Origin: Macrostomum lignano
Lineage: Eukaryota
DNA length: 64,000 nt
Direction: 5' to 3'
NCBI GenBank assembly: GCA_002269645.1
Contig: NIVC01000085.1
Span: 682,001 to 746,000, forward strand
Under the pieces are notes generated by a model, which was not told the origin of the DNA, did not search any database, and saw nothing but the letters and a program-made list of their open reading frames with translations. The position numbers and the translations under genes were made by a program. Positions 1-17,888 of this stretch are shown one piece after another. How positions within the stretch are numbered: position 1 is the first letter of the stretch; every line of letters starts with the position of its first letter.

Positions 1-198
1 TCGTTTTGCTTATTTTTCTTTCTTTGAAGTGTTTCGTTACAATATTATTTGTCACTATAGTTGTACCAGCTACTAAAATACCTCCAAAATGGAGCTGATA
101 CGTTTAATATTGTTACTAATACAGACCCCTATTATTATTACCTATACTATTATAATTGCATTTATTTTTAGCTTCTGATCATATTTCATTGTGTCCAG

Positions 199-1346
199 TC
201 ATGTCCTATATCCTATTGTATGATACTTCAACGAAACCACAAAAAATAATTTATTCTTAGAAGCATTTCTCAATATATCGACAGCAATTCGATCAACGTA
301 AGAATCGCATTTTGTAAAGTGCGCATGCGCTTGAAGTGCCACTGGCAGCCGCGCAAAGGGACACGCAAGAAAGCAATTTTGCAGCTGGGCTGAATTGATC
401 CGCAGTGTCTGGTTATCAGAACACAGGACGACTGAGCCTGCCTCTGATTGAATCTGGGATATCATAACTGTAATTAATTGAATCTCCTTTATACACACTG
501 CTGGAGCGTCAGCTTCATCCAGAGAAGCTGGGATAACGAAACTAGCCCAGTTTATAGAAATTCGGGTAGAATGGATGTGCTTTTTCGCGATTTCCCCTAT
601 TCCATTACACTACACAACTCTACTCTACTCTAATCAGATCTAGTCTACCCTACTCTACTCTATTCCACCCTAATTTACCCTAATCTACTCTACCCTACCC
701 TACCCAACATTACGCTAGCCTAATCTACTCTACCCTACTCTACCCAATCTTACCCTACCCTAATCTACTCTACCCTACCTTATTCTACTCCACCCTATGA
801 GCGTATTCGATTCTACACAATTCTACACTACTGCACCCTACTGTATTCTATTCTACTTTACTATAATCTACTCCACTCTACTCTACTTTACTTTAATCTA
901 CTCTACTCTACTCTACTCTACTCTACTATACTCTAATCTAATCTACTCTACTCTACTCTACTCTACTCTACTCTACTCTACTCTACTCTACTCTACTCTA
1001 CTCTACTCTACTCTACTCTACTCCTCACAAACCATTCCAGATTTTAAAGCCACAACTTATCTTGACTAGATGGTATCTCCTGTTTTGTATCATTAAACCA
1101 GTGTCTGATTCAACGCCAGATTGCCAGAATCAATTCCATTCGAATCAAATTTCAATTTCAATTCAGCCGTGCAAATTAATTCCCTCACCTGACGAAGCTC
1201 CACCTGAGCGAATCCGGCTGTGCCAGGCTGATGTTGAGCAGGATGCAGAACAGGTGCACTAGGCTGCCCAGCTCCGCTGTCTGAGTTGCATTTGGTCGGA
1301 GCTCGAGAATTCCAGCTGCTGATGATGCTGCCAACGGCTGCTCCAT
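199..1346 (-). CDS. Putative two-exon orphan gene (~166 aa), exons 1346-1189 and 541-199
   Basis: ATG at 1346 opens MEQPLAASSAAGILELRPNATQTAELGSLVHLFCILLNISLAQPDSLRWSFV, ending at donor AG|GTGAGG (1189). Acceptor CTAG|T at 541 joins in phase to the ORF FVIPASLDEADAPAVCIKEIQ...GYRT*. The total of 501 nt is divisible by 3. No family recognised. Confidence 0.4.
605..1023 (+). repeat. (CTACT)n microsatellite
   Basis: Directly visible pentamer array, degenerate at the left end. Confidence 0.95.
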
Positions 1347-1559
1347 TGGATTTGCGCTGTGCTGTCTCTGACGTGTTGCAACTCGGTGCTTCTTCGATGT
1401 TGGCTTGAGTGACAGGCCAGTTTGTGAAATTATTTTGCGGTATTAGCTATCTGCTTCCGGCTGCCGCAGCTGGTGCGACTGGCATTGAATAAAACTCCAC
1501 TGGCCAATCAGAGGGGAAGCCGGTTTAAATCATTGCGAATGCCCCTGTTAATCACCATG

Positions 1560-2180
1560 GCCTCTCCTCCCGCTCCCTCTCCAGATCTCTCTCCTCTCTC
1601 CTCTCTTCTCTTCCTCTCCTATCTCCTCTCCTATCTCCTCTATTCTATTCCTCTCCTATCTCCTCTCCTATCTCCTCTCCTATCTCCTCTCCTATCCCCT
1701 CTTCTCTCTGCTCTCCTCTCTCCTCTCCTCTCTCCTCTCTTCTCTTCCTCTCCTATCCCCTCTCCTATCCCCTCTCCTCTCTCCTCTCCTCTCTCCTCTC
1801 CTATCTCCTCTCTTCTATTCCTCTCCTATCTCCTCTCCTATCTCCTCTCATATCCCCTCTTCTCTCTGCTCTCCTCTCTCCTCTCCTCTCTCCTCTCTTC
1901 TCTTCCTCTCCTATCCCCTCTCCTATCCCCTCTCCTCTCTCCTCTCCTCTCTCCTCTCCTATCTCCTCTCCTATCTCCTCTCCTATCTCCTCTCCTCTTC
2001 TCTCCTATCTCCTATCTCCTCTCTTATCTACTGTCTCATCTCTACTCTCTTCTCTCCTTTCCTCTTTCTCTCCTCTCTCCTCTCTCCTCTCCTCTTTTCT
2101 CTCCTTTCCTTCGTCTATTTCTCCTTTTTTCCTCTCTCCTCTCTCCTCTTCGCTCCTATCTTCTCCCTTCTCCTCTTTCC
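1560..2180 (+). repeat. (CCTCT/CCTAT)n pyrimidine microsatellite
   Basis: Directly visible; source of the spurious L/S/P-rich ORF 1473-2207. Confidence 0.95.
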
Positions 2181-2774
2181 TATCTGGTCTTCATTGAATG
2201 GCTTTAATTAATAGAAAATATATCTATACATAGATAGATACACTTCCTGATTTCACGACTGCAACCTCAGTCAGCCCCATGTCAAATACTCGTAATTCTC
2301 TCCCTCTCCCGGCTTCCAAAATCCCCAATATTTTTTCGATCAATTTTACCCTCACAATGAGGTCATTCGGATCACTCGGTTCCGCTTTTTAGTCGCCAGT
2401 CAGTCGAGGTCACAGGGGTTTCGGAACGGCTGCTGCCGCCAACGTAAGAGTGGCTTGGAAGCCGCCAGAACTCGAAGGGTTTCAGCGGTCAGCGCTGCTG
2501 GATTGCGTGTCACATCATGATTCACTTGATTGCTTGGCAGGCTTTCAAAAATGGCATTTTGTATATACTCGTAATTGCATTTAATTGGCTTGGGGAAATG
2601 CATGGTTTAAAGAAGTATACTACTACTATCAAATAAGTAGTAAAGCATCGACATTTCTGCAGAACCAATTTTTGTAAGAAAAAGCAAATTAAAAGCGTCC
2701 TTAATATGTTCATCTCATGACAATTCATGCAAGACTTTCCAATCATGCACGGCCTAATAGTTTCTCAAAAACCA

Positions 2775-3330
2775 TCCCACAAACTTTCCAATCTACAAAC
2801 TTCCCAATTCACAAAGCTTCCCAACCCACAAGCTTTATAATCTACAAACCTTCCAATCCACAAACTTCACAATCCACAAACTTCACAATCCACAAACTTC
2901 ACAATCCACAAACTTCACAATCCACAAACTTCACAATCCACAAACTTCACAATCCACAAACTTCACAATCCACAAACTTCACAATCCACAAACTTCACAA
3001 TCCACAAACTTCCCGATCCCCAAAATTCACAATTCACAAATTTCCCAATCCACAAACTTCCCAATCCATAAACTTCCCAATCAACAAACTTCCCAATCCA
3101 TAAACTTCCCAATCCACAAACTTCCCAATTCACAAACTTCCCAATCCATAAACTTCCCAATCCACAAATTTCCCAATCCACAGACTTCCCAATCCACAAA
3201 CTTCACAATCCACAAACTTCACAATCCACAAACTTCACAATCCACAAACTTCACAATCCACACACTTCACAATCCCCAAAAAACTTCTCAATCCAAAAAT
3301 TTCACAATCCACAAACTTCCCAATCCACAA
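2775..3330 (+). repeat. 16-bp minisatellite CCACAAACTT(C/A)CAAT, left part
   Basis: Tandem 16-mers; the array resumes at 5105 after the LINE. Confidence 0.95.
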
Positions 3331-5104
3331 CGCTCAGGGATCTGATGCAGAGCTTTATCCGCAAAGCAGAATCCTGGGCCAATGACAATGGTCTGGAACT
3401 CTCTGAGCCCAAAACCGTTGCCATTATGTTTACCAGCAGACTACGCTGGAACATACGTCCTCTGCAGCTCTACGGCAGAGATATTGCCTTCGCGCACCAG
3501 ACCAGATGTCTCGGGGTCATACTTGACCACCGGCTCAACTGGTCCTCCCACGTGAAAGCAAAAGCCAAGCGTGCCTCAGCCATCCTGGCCCAGCTCCGAC
3601 GAGCACTTGGCACTTCTTGGGGTCTATCCCCAAAGCGGCTTTGGTGGATCTATACTTCCGTAGTTAGACCTGCCATTACGTACGCCTCTGTTGTCTGGGT
3701 TAGCGCTACCCAAGTCAAAAGCCATGCAGACCTGCTCAACACGATCCAAGGCAGAGCGTGTAGGCTCATCTGCAACGCCACCAGGTCCACGCCCTTTGCT
3801 GGCATGGGGGCCTTCCTTAATCTTCCGCCTCTTGACCTCTTCATCAGGGGTGAGGCGGCTAGAACGACGCGGCGTCTAATTGATGCCGGCGTCAAATTCA
3901 TTTACATGAGAGCACCTGCTAAGCGGAACCTTGTCCCGCATAGCGATCTGTGCCTCAACTTTCTCAACGAGTGTCAGGCCAATCGCGTCTTCACCGATGG
4001 CATTGCCTCAACGCTCAACCTGAGACAGCGCTACTCCGTAGCTATCGACTCGCGCGATAACATCAATGACCAATGGAACCCTGGTGAGCTTCATTGCTAC
4101 ACCGACGGTTCTAAGCAGTCAGCCAACACCGGCTTTGGTGTTGGAATCTTTCTGAACGGGAGGGTCATCGCTACCCACGCTCAATACACTGGGGTCAACT
4201 CCAGTGTTTTCCAAAATGAAGTTCTGGCCATCAGCTCCTGCACTGCAGAGCTTCTCGCCACTGGCGTTACTGGTAAGAACATCATTTTCCATTCGGACAG
4301 CCAAGCTGCCTTGCACGCCATCAGTGGCTGCAGCACCAACTCTGCTACAGTCCTCGACTGTATCAAACTCCTCAACATGTTGGGTTCCGCCAACAAAATT
4401 ACCCTTAAGTGGGTTCCGGGGCATGTGGGGATCCGAGGAAATGAGTTGGCTGACACCCTTGCAAAAGTTGGTGCCTCCGGCTCCTCTCTCGGCCCCGAAC
4501 CTCTTGTCCCGATTCCTGGCTGTGTCATCGACTCGCGCATCAAAGCGTGGATCAGGACTCAGCACCGCTCGACTTGGGCGAACCGCACGAACTGCAGGCA
4601 ATCCAGAGGCGCTGTCCCTCAGCCCTCTCACCAGCTCCGGAAGCTCCTCTTGCGCCTCTCGCGCAGAGACATCCGGGCTGCCACCATGACCCTCTCTGGT
4701 CACGGCTGCTTCTCCAGGCACCAGTACCTGCAGGGCAACGCCACCAACGCCACCTGTAGTTTCTGCAACTCAGGTGACGAAACCGCTGAGCATTTCGTCA
4801 GCATCTGTCCCGCCTTCACGCGGGCCAGACTCACTTACCTCGGGCCACACACATCTATTACTGAAGCGTGCAAACCCGAAAACTTTAATCAGCTCATGCG
4901 CTACCTTCGGGCCACCCGCAGGGCTGAACTCTCCTTTCCAGAGAGCACCATAGCTGCTGGCGACACTGGGGGACCTCCCTGGGCGGCGCCAACCCTCCGT
5001 CCATAGCGACGCGTCGGCCGTTCAGGGACTAGCGGAATGGGCGCCCGCGCCTTCCCGCTGTGTCCCCTCCGGGACAGCCCTGCAGCTAAGTCAAGTAAGT
5101 CAAG
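3331..5104 (+). mobile_element. 5'-truncated non-LTR retrotransposon with RNase H (LOA/Lian- or I-group-like)
   Basis: Flanked by a 12-bp direct repeat CCCAATCCACAA (3319-3330, 5105-5116). Ends in a (TAAGTCAAG)2 tail at 5087-5104. Encodes the RT C-terminus, RNase H and a CCHC knuckle. Confidence 0.9.
3345..5006 (+). CDS. LINE ORF2 C-terminal part: RT thumb, RNase H and zinc knuckle (553 aa, uninterrupted)
   Basis: RCLGVILDHRLNW (RT end); CYTDGSK, FQNEVLAI, FHSDSQAAL, WVPGHVGIRGNELADTLAK (RNase H); CSFC...ETAEHFVSICP (knuckle). Confidence 0.92.
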   Translation: MQSFIRKAESWANDNGLELSEPKTVAIMFTSRLRWNIRPLQLYGRDIAFAHQTRCLGVILDHRLNWSSHVKAKAKRASAILAQLRRALGTSWGLSPKRLWWIYTSVVRPAITYASVVWVSATQVKSHADLLNTIQGRACRLICNATRSTPFAGMGAFLNLPPLDLFIRGEAARTTRRLIDAGVKFIYMRAPAKRNLVPHSDLCLNFLNECQANRVFTDGIASTLNLRQRYSVAIDSRDNINDQWNPGELHCYTDGSKQSANTGFGVGIFLNGRVIATHAQYTGVNSSVFQNEVLAISSCTAELLATGVTGKNIIFHSDSQAALHAISGCSTNSATVLDCIKLLNMLGSANKITLKWVPGHVGIRGNELADTLAKVGASGSSLGPEPLVPIPGCVIDSRIKAWIRTQHRSTWANRTNCRQSRGAVPQPSHQLRKLLLRLSRRDIRAATMTLSGHGCFSRHQYLQGNATNATCSFCNSGDETAEHFVSICPAFTRARLTYLGPHTSITEACKPENFNQLMRYLRATRRAELSFPESTIAAGDTGGPPWAAPTLRP

Positions 5105-5465
5105 CCCAATCCACAAACTTCCCAATCCATAAACTTCCCAATCCATAAACTTCCCAATCCATAAACTTCCCAATCCATAAACTTCCCAATCCATAAACTT
5201 CCCAATCCATAAACTTCCCAATCCATAAACTTCCCAATCCATAAACTTCCCAATCCATAAACTTCCCAATCCATAAACTTCCCAATCCATAAACTTCCCA
5301 ATCCACAGACTTCCCAATCCACAAACTTCACAATCCACAAACTTCACAATCCACAAACTTCACAATCCACAAACTTCACAATCCACAAACTTCACAATCC
5401 CCAAAAAACTTCTCAATCCAAAAATTTCACAATCCACAAACTTCCCTATCTACAAACTTCCCCAA
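5105..5465 (+). repeat. 16-bp minisatellite, right part
   Basis: Tandem CCATAAACTTCCCAAT / CCACAAACTTCACAAT units. Confidence 0.95.
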
Positions 5466-5710
5466 CTCAAAGCTTGTTTATCCCTAAACTTCCACATGAG
5501 CAGTATTTTCGAATAAGCCAATATCAACTTATCGCAAAGGGCCAAATTAAATGACGTTGCTAATATTTCTGAGAGCAGCAATGCCATAGACAAAAGATGA
5601 CATGATTGTTGCAATATCTGAACTGATAAAATTCTGAGCACTGAGTTCAATCTGTCTGGAATTCAGCTGGGATCAATTGTAAAACATCTTACATTCTCTG
5701 CTATCTCGCA

Positions 5711-8700
5711 ATGGCTGATGAAAACCAATCGTTAAACACACTGGATTCAGCAATTCAGGTAACTTCGCTGCACAAAGGTTACGGCAGGCAGGCCGTAATT
5801 AGCGACCTGTCGCTTCAGGTGCCCTTGGGAAAAATGTAAGTAAAATACCTTGGCTTAATTTCTGAGTTAAATGTTTAGGAATACCTCAACCAGTGTTGAC
5901 GGTAAAAATGAATGTGGCCGCTTTCGGATTCGAACCCAGGCGCCGTAGGCGAGAGCCAAGCGCATTTTACCGCTGAGCTGCCCTGCCCCAAGTGGCAGAC
6001 TCACAAATTGCTCTTCATCATTCGAATCTGTTTCGAAACCGTATTATTAAATTGAGAAAGCCTTAGTGGAGTTTCATTTCACAATCTGTCCAGCTACGGC
6101 CTGCTGGGTCCCAGCGGCTGCGGCAAGACCACGCTTCTCAAGTGCATCGTGGGTCGTCTGAGACCGGACTCGGGCCTCATCCGGGTCATGGGTCAGCGGC
6201 CAGGGAAGCTGGGCCACAAGGTGCCGGGCAGCCTTATCGGCTACATGCCGCAGGACCTGGCGCTGTACCAGGAGTTCACCATCTCCGAGACGCTGTTCTA
6301 CTTTGGCAGAATCTTCGGCATGGACTCGGTTGAGATCAGAGCGAGGGTTGACTTTCTGGTAGATCTGCTCAAGCTGCCCTGCAAGGACAAGCTGATTTAC
6401 CGACTCAGGTGAGGAATTGGGGAAACAGTGATGCAGCTCAGAATTCGTGACCAGCATTGACCTTCACGGGATTCACATGGCTCCATTTCAGCGGCGGTCA
6501 GCAGCGCAGAGTTTCGTTCGCTTGCGCCCTGCTGCACGAGCCGCCTCTGCTGATCCTGGATGAGCCAACTGTGGGAGTGGACCCTCTGCTCAGGCAGTGG
6601 TAAGTGCCGGTCTGTGAGCATGGGTGAGGAGCCTCTGCTCAGGCAGTGGTGAGTGTTTGTGTTAGCATGGGTGAGGAGCCTCTGCTCAGGCAGTGGTGAG
6701 TGTTGGTGTGTGAGCATGGGTGAGGACCCTCTGCTCAGTCAGTGGTGAGTGTCGGTCCGTGAGTGGCTAGACCTTGCAAATCTTTAGTGGATAGAATGCC
6801 TTCCATAAATTCAGTGCCTAAAAAATACGTACCTACTTGTCTATTCCTTAAAAACCGCCTTGCAGCATTTGGCATCATTTAAAAACTATGGTCAGCAATG
6901 CCCAGAAGCCCACATCAGTGGTCATCACAACGCACTACATTGAAGAGGCTCGCGAAGGCCACATGGTGGCGCTGATGCGAGATGGAAAACTTCTGGCAGA
7001 GTCGAGTCCAGAGAGTTTGCTCAGCTTCTACAATGAGACGGTAAGGTTCAATTACTTTTCAAAGTTTTCGGAAGCATCATGTTTCTGAAGCTGAATCTAC
7101 CTATCGCTGATACGCAGAGTCTCGAAGCCGTCTTCTTGAAGCTTTGCCATCGAGACAAATCGAAAGTGGCCGACGACAGCAGCCTTCCGAGCCTGGCAAA
7201 TGTGGATGATGCGAAGCAGCCAATCGAAGCTGAAACTGAAGATGACAATGCGAAGAAGGAATCGCCGGATCCGGGATCTCAGTACTCACTGGACTCAGCC
7301 AATTCACAGAAACAGAGCCAGCAGGCGCAGGAAGGTCAACCGGACGCGGTGAAATACGTTGAGCCTGTCTCGTTCTCCGAGTCGCTGCGAGCTTTTGTGC
7401 AACCGCCGAGTGCTCGTAGAATCGGTGCCGTGGTGATCAAGGATGTCACCAACATGCGCAGACGCATCGGGTTCCTGCTGTTCGAGTTCAGCCTCCCGGT
7501 AGTGCAGATCGTGCTGTTCTGCCTGTGCATCGGGCGCGACCCTAACGGACTGCGACTGGCGGTCGTCAACCAGGATGCCACCGGAGACCTTGGCAAGGAT
7601 CTGATGGCCTCGCTCGATACTTACACAGTGAAAAAGGTCTGTAAGACTCCTTGTGAAAGTCAGAACATTTGCCGTATTTAAATTACCTGTTTTCTAATAG
7701 AAATCGTATCTTTTGATTTACTGAACTTTCGAGCTCAAGAAGTTTCGAACTTGTAAAGTTGTCTTTGACGAAGTTTGAAAGGGCCTGCCAACTTAAGCTC
7801 GTAAAGTGGAGCCCGAGTAACCGATGTACAAAAAATGATACGTCATTCTGCTTAAAAAGGCACTAGAAAGCTGGGTTTGGCAAAGTGACGAAAATTGGGC
7901 TTGGGATAGGGGAAAACAAGCAAGGGGATAATTAGAGACTCTACTTTTTTAGCTTAGGTTGACAATCCTTTTGAGCCTGTCAGCTCATAACTCATTTAAT
8001 ATTTTCAAAAATTTCTGAAACTTGAAACCTAATAAAAACTGCCTCAAGTAGTTAGAACTAAGCATTAGGGAGTAGGTACTTCTAAAACAGTAAAAATCAC
8101 TCCATCAAGTAACAACTTCTCTGCAAATATGCGCTCTCAACCTCCTCCCTCAGCTGCCGCATACTGACTTGGAGCAGGCGAAAGCTTTGGTGCAGCGAGC
8201 CGGAGCCTGGGGAGTGCTTTTCCTGGAGCCCAACTTTACCCAAAGCCTGACTAAACGGTTCACCAAGGCTGGCAGTCTCAGCAACAGAAGCATCCGTCAG
8301 GGCAGCGTGCACATGTTTATGGACGATAGCAGCTACCAGGTTAGCGCGGTGCTCAAACAGTGCATACTAAGCGCCTTCGAGAAAGTCCTTGGCGACGTTA
8401 TGGAGAAGATGCAGCTGCACAGGAAGATGGCGCGAATCCCGATTGAGTATCATCCGCCACTGCTTGGATACGAGGATCCGACTTTCACCGAGTTCATGGC
8501 ACCGGGCATCATCATTACCATTCTGTTCTTCCTGTCCACCGGACTCACAGCTGTCACCTTTGTTGTACAACGTAAAGAGGGCCTCCTCGATCGAAGTCTG
8601 GTGGCCGGAGTTACCTTCTTGGAGCTGATGCTGGGTCACGTGCTCACGGAGTTGATCATCATGTCTGGTACGAATTTCGCGCTATTCTACCGTATGCAAA

Positions 8701-10109
8701 TCCAGCTGAAATGAAGTGGCTTTGTATTTCTACCTCAGCTCTACTCAATAAGCGCATCAAGTTTTACTATCTAGCCAAGCTTGCTTAGAATTGCAAGGAC
8801 CACAAACCCAATTGCAGGTCAAACCGCACTGTTGTTGGTGCTGTCTCTTCTGGCATTCTCCATCAGGTGCAACGGCTCTGTGGCCTTGGTGATCCTGCTG
8901 TCTCTGTGCTGCGGCTTCAGTGGCATGTCGCTGGGCCTCCTCATCTCCGTGCTGTGCACCGATGAGAACTCGGCGATGCAGGCCGCTCTGGGCACCATGT
9001 ACCCCTGCCTGCTGCTCAGCGGCATCATGTGGCCGACTGAGGCCATGCCCGTGGCGCTCTGGTACATGAGCAGGGCCTTGCCAACCACCCTGTTGGCTGA
9101 GTCTATGCGTTCGGTGATCAGCCGAGGTGAGTGAGACTACAGTGGGAGCGGAAAACATTCTCACATTAATTTAGAGCTCTGTGCACTTTAATTAGTCTGT
9201 GACTTGTCGTGTCGTGATATTTTCGTATTATATTGTGTCATGTGGTACCGTATCGTGTTGTATCGTGTCGTATCGTGTCGTTTCATTTCATGTCGTGACG
9301 TGTCTTGTCGTGTCGTTTCATTTCGTGTCGTGACGTGTCTTGTCGTGTCGTTTCATTTCGTGTCGTGACGTGTCTTGTCGTGTCGTTTCATTTCGTGTCG
9401 TGACGTGTCTTGTCGTGTCGTTTCATTTCGTGTCGTGACGTGTCTTAACGTGTCGTGTCGTGTCGTTTCGTTTTGTGTCGTGACGTGCCTTGTCGTGTCG
9501 TATCGTGTCGTTTCATTTCGTGTCGTGACGTGCCTTGTCGTGTCGTGTCGTTTCATTTCGTGTCGTGACGTGTCTTAACGTGTCGTGTCGTGTCGTTTCG
9601 TTTTGTGTCGTGACGTGCCTTGTCGTGTCGTATCGTGTCGTTTCATTTCGTGTCGTGACGTGCCTTGTCGTGTCGTTTCATTTCGTGTCGTGACGTGTCT
9701 TAACGTGTCGTGTCGTGTCGTTTCGTTTTGTGTCGTGACGTGCCATATCGTGTAGTCGCACGTGTAGCATCGTATCGTGTCGTGTCATATCCGTGTGGAT
9801 GTCCGTGCTCAGGGGTCAGCGAAATTGACTGCTTTACCATTTTACTGGCTACGCTGCGGGTGTCGACTGTCGCCAAATTGATTTGCGGCAAAGTCCAAAC
9901 CACCCGACTAACAATCTAAATGAAATGTGAGACTGATACCGGACACACCAAGCTTTTTTTGAGAATCGCGTCAAAAAAAACTTGAAAACTTGCACACAGG
10001 CTTCGGCATGTCGGCAACATCCGTGTGGCTCGGGTTCGTGTCGGCTTCTGGCTGGTCCGTGTTCCTGCTGCTGGCGGCACTGCTGCTCATCAAGCTCAGA
10101 GGCATCTAG
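5711..10109 (+). CDS. ABCH: ABCH-type (reverse NBD-TMD) ABC half-transporter, paralog 1, 724 aa; exons 5711-5835, 6094-6408, 6492-6599, 6866-7040, 7118-7636, 8154-8667, 8818-9126, 10000-10109
   Basis: Walker [11 protein letters not shown]-loop YMPQD, signature LSGGQQRR, Walker [14 protein letters not shown]-loop [12 protein letters not shown]-2 TMD ([22 protein letters not shown]). All seven introns are GT-AG and phase-compatible (2175 nt). Confidence 0.9.
5914..5989 (-). other. tRNA-derived Pol III-like element (SINE head or tRNA pseudogene) in ABCH paralog 1 intron 1
   Basis: Minus strand carries an A-box-like AGCTCAGCGG and a B-box GGGTTCGAATCC followed by a T-run. Acceptor and T stems pair poorly, so it is not called a tRNA. 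Confidence 0.5.
6584..6765 (+). repeat. 49-bp tandem repeat (4 copies, one 47 bp) spanning the exon 3 end and splice donor of ABCH paralog 1
   Basis: CTCTGCTCAG(G/T)CAGTG|GT(A/G)AGT recurs with GT at 6600, 6649, 6696 and 6745. Confidence 0.9.
9205..9790 (+). repeat. (GTCGT)n-derived satellite with a ~35-bp higher-order unit in ABCH paralog 1 intron 7
   Basis: Repeats of TTTCATTTCGTGTCGTGACGTGTCTTGTCGTGTCG. Confidence 0.92.
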
Positions 10110-10383
10110 GTTGTGGAGACAAGATTGAAAAAATGATGGATTTATTTGATGAACCAATTTTTGCTTTCCTCTGACCGCTGATGGTTTGGCTATACTAAAT
10201 GTATGTTCGCAAAATATCATATGCTAAATGTACAACGAACAATTATGGTACCTGTAGATGCTCATGGTGAATGACAATTGTATGCCCTGGTTTCTTGGTA
10301 CCTCTGTCAGCTCTACAACTTTGCAGAGACACCACTCAGCGAACCCCCTGTTTTTAGCTTGCCAACTGCTCTCTGCTACTCAC

Positions 10384-10665
10384 CACACTTTATCACTTAA
10401 CCCACCACCCCACTCTCTGCCCCTCGCCACACTTTTTCACTTAACCCACCACCCTACTCTCTGCCCCTCGCCACACTTTATCACTTAACCCACCACCCCA
10501 CTCTCTTCCCCTCGTCACACTTTATCACTTAACCCACCAGGCCACCACCCTACTCTCTGCCCCTCGCCACAGTTTATCACTTAACCCACCACCCCACTCT
10601 CTGCCCCTCGCCACAGTTTATCACTTAACCCACCACCCCACTCTCTGCCCCTCGCCACAGTTTCT
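10384..10665 (+). repeat. 44-bp minisatellite (about 6 copies) between the two ABCH 3' ends
   Basis: Unit CACACTTTATCACTTAACCCACCACCCCACTCTCTGCCCCTCGC. Confidence 0.9.
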
Positions 10666-11462
10666 CATCCCCTCACTACACTTTATAGCTTTACAAATTT
10701 TCTAAATGAACATAACGAGCGGATAAGATAAATTCAAAATACCACCAGCTGCATCGCTATAAACCGCACCTGTACTCGTATGCATAATTTGGACGTTTTT
10801 TCTAAAATTGCAATGATTTTTGTAGAAAATTTTTGATAATTAAATTGATTAAAATTTAGCCAAGGAACAACCTAACTAATGAACGAATAAAATTGAAATA
10901 CGAACTTAATACCACCATCAGTTATTCATATAAATGACTCGATTAAGGCTTAGTAGCAGGTAGAAACAGTGCGCTATAATTACGAGCTATTCGGAGCTTA
11001 ATTAAGTTTAAACTCAGATCAATACGAGCTATTGTTGGTTGCTTTACTAGGTAATCCATAGTCAAGAGTATTTTTTAATTTTAAGTTTAACCACAGTTAT
11101 ATTTTTCCAGAAGTAGGTAGCTATTATATGTACATAATAGTACATCCATACAGTCGCTTGTTAACATCGCATTTAAAGTTTATAATGATAAGTAGTTACG
11201 AATGTACAAGATAATGGATAAAAATCGTTTGAATACGGGCCAAAATAGCGTGACAAAAGCTGGAATAACAAACGCCGGGTTCTGAAAAGGACATACCCCG
11301 TACATTGTGCGCTAAAAATACAGCAAATATTAACAATTGGTACAAGTGGTACAAGTTCTTCTCCAAGATCGGCTCGCCAAATACACAGATTAGCTAAAAT
11401 TCCGAATTCACAATGCTGAAACTGAAACAAGTCAGTCAGTCTGATTAGGATGGGACACTGCA

Positions 11463-17888
<6,426 letters not shown>

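Noticed and set aside
2400-2450. Possible 5'-UTR exons of the ABCH genes (donor AAC|GTAAGA near 2444; donor on the minus strand near 18380)
   Set aside because: Only a donor-like motif is visible; cannot be supported without transcripts.
797-3199. ORFs 797-1069, 1473-2207, 2717-3103, 2963-3199 (also 4901-5356, 9353-9919, 47547-48043, 59038-59250)
   Set aside because: Microsatellite or minisatellite translations.
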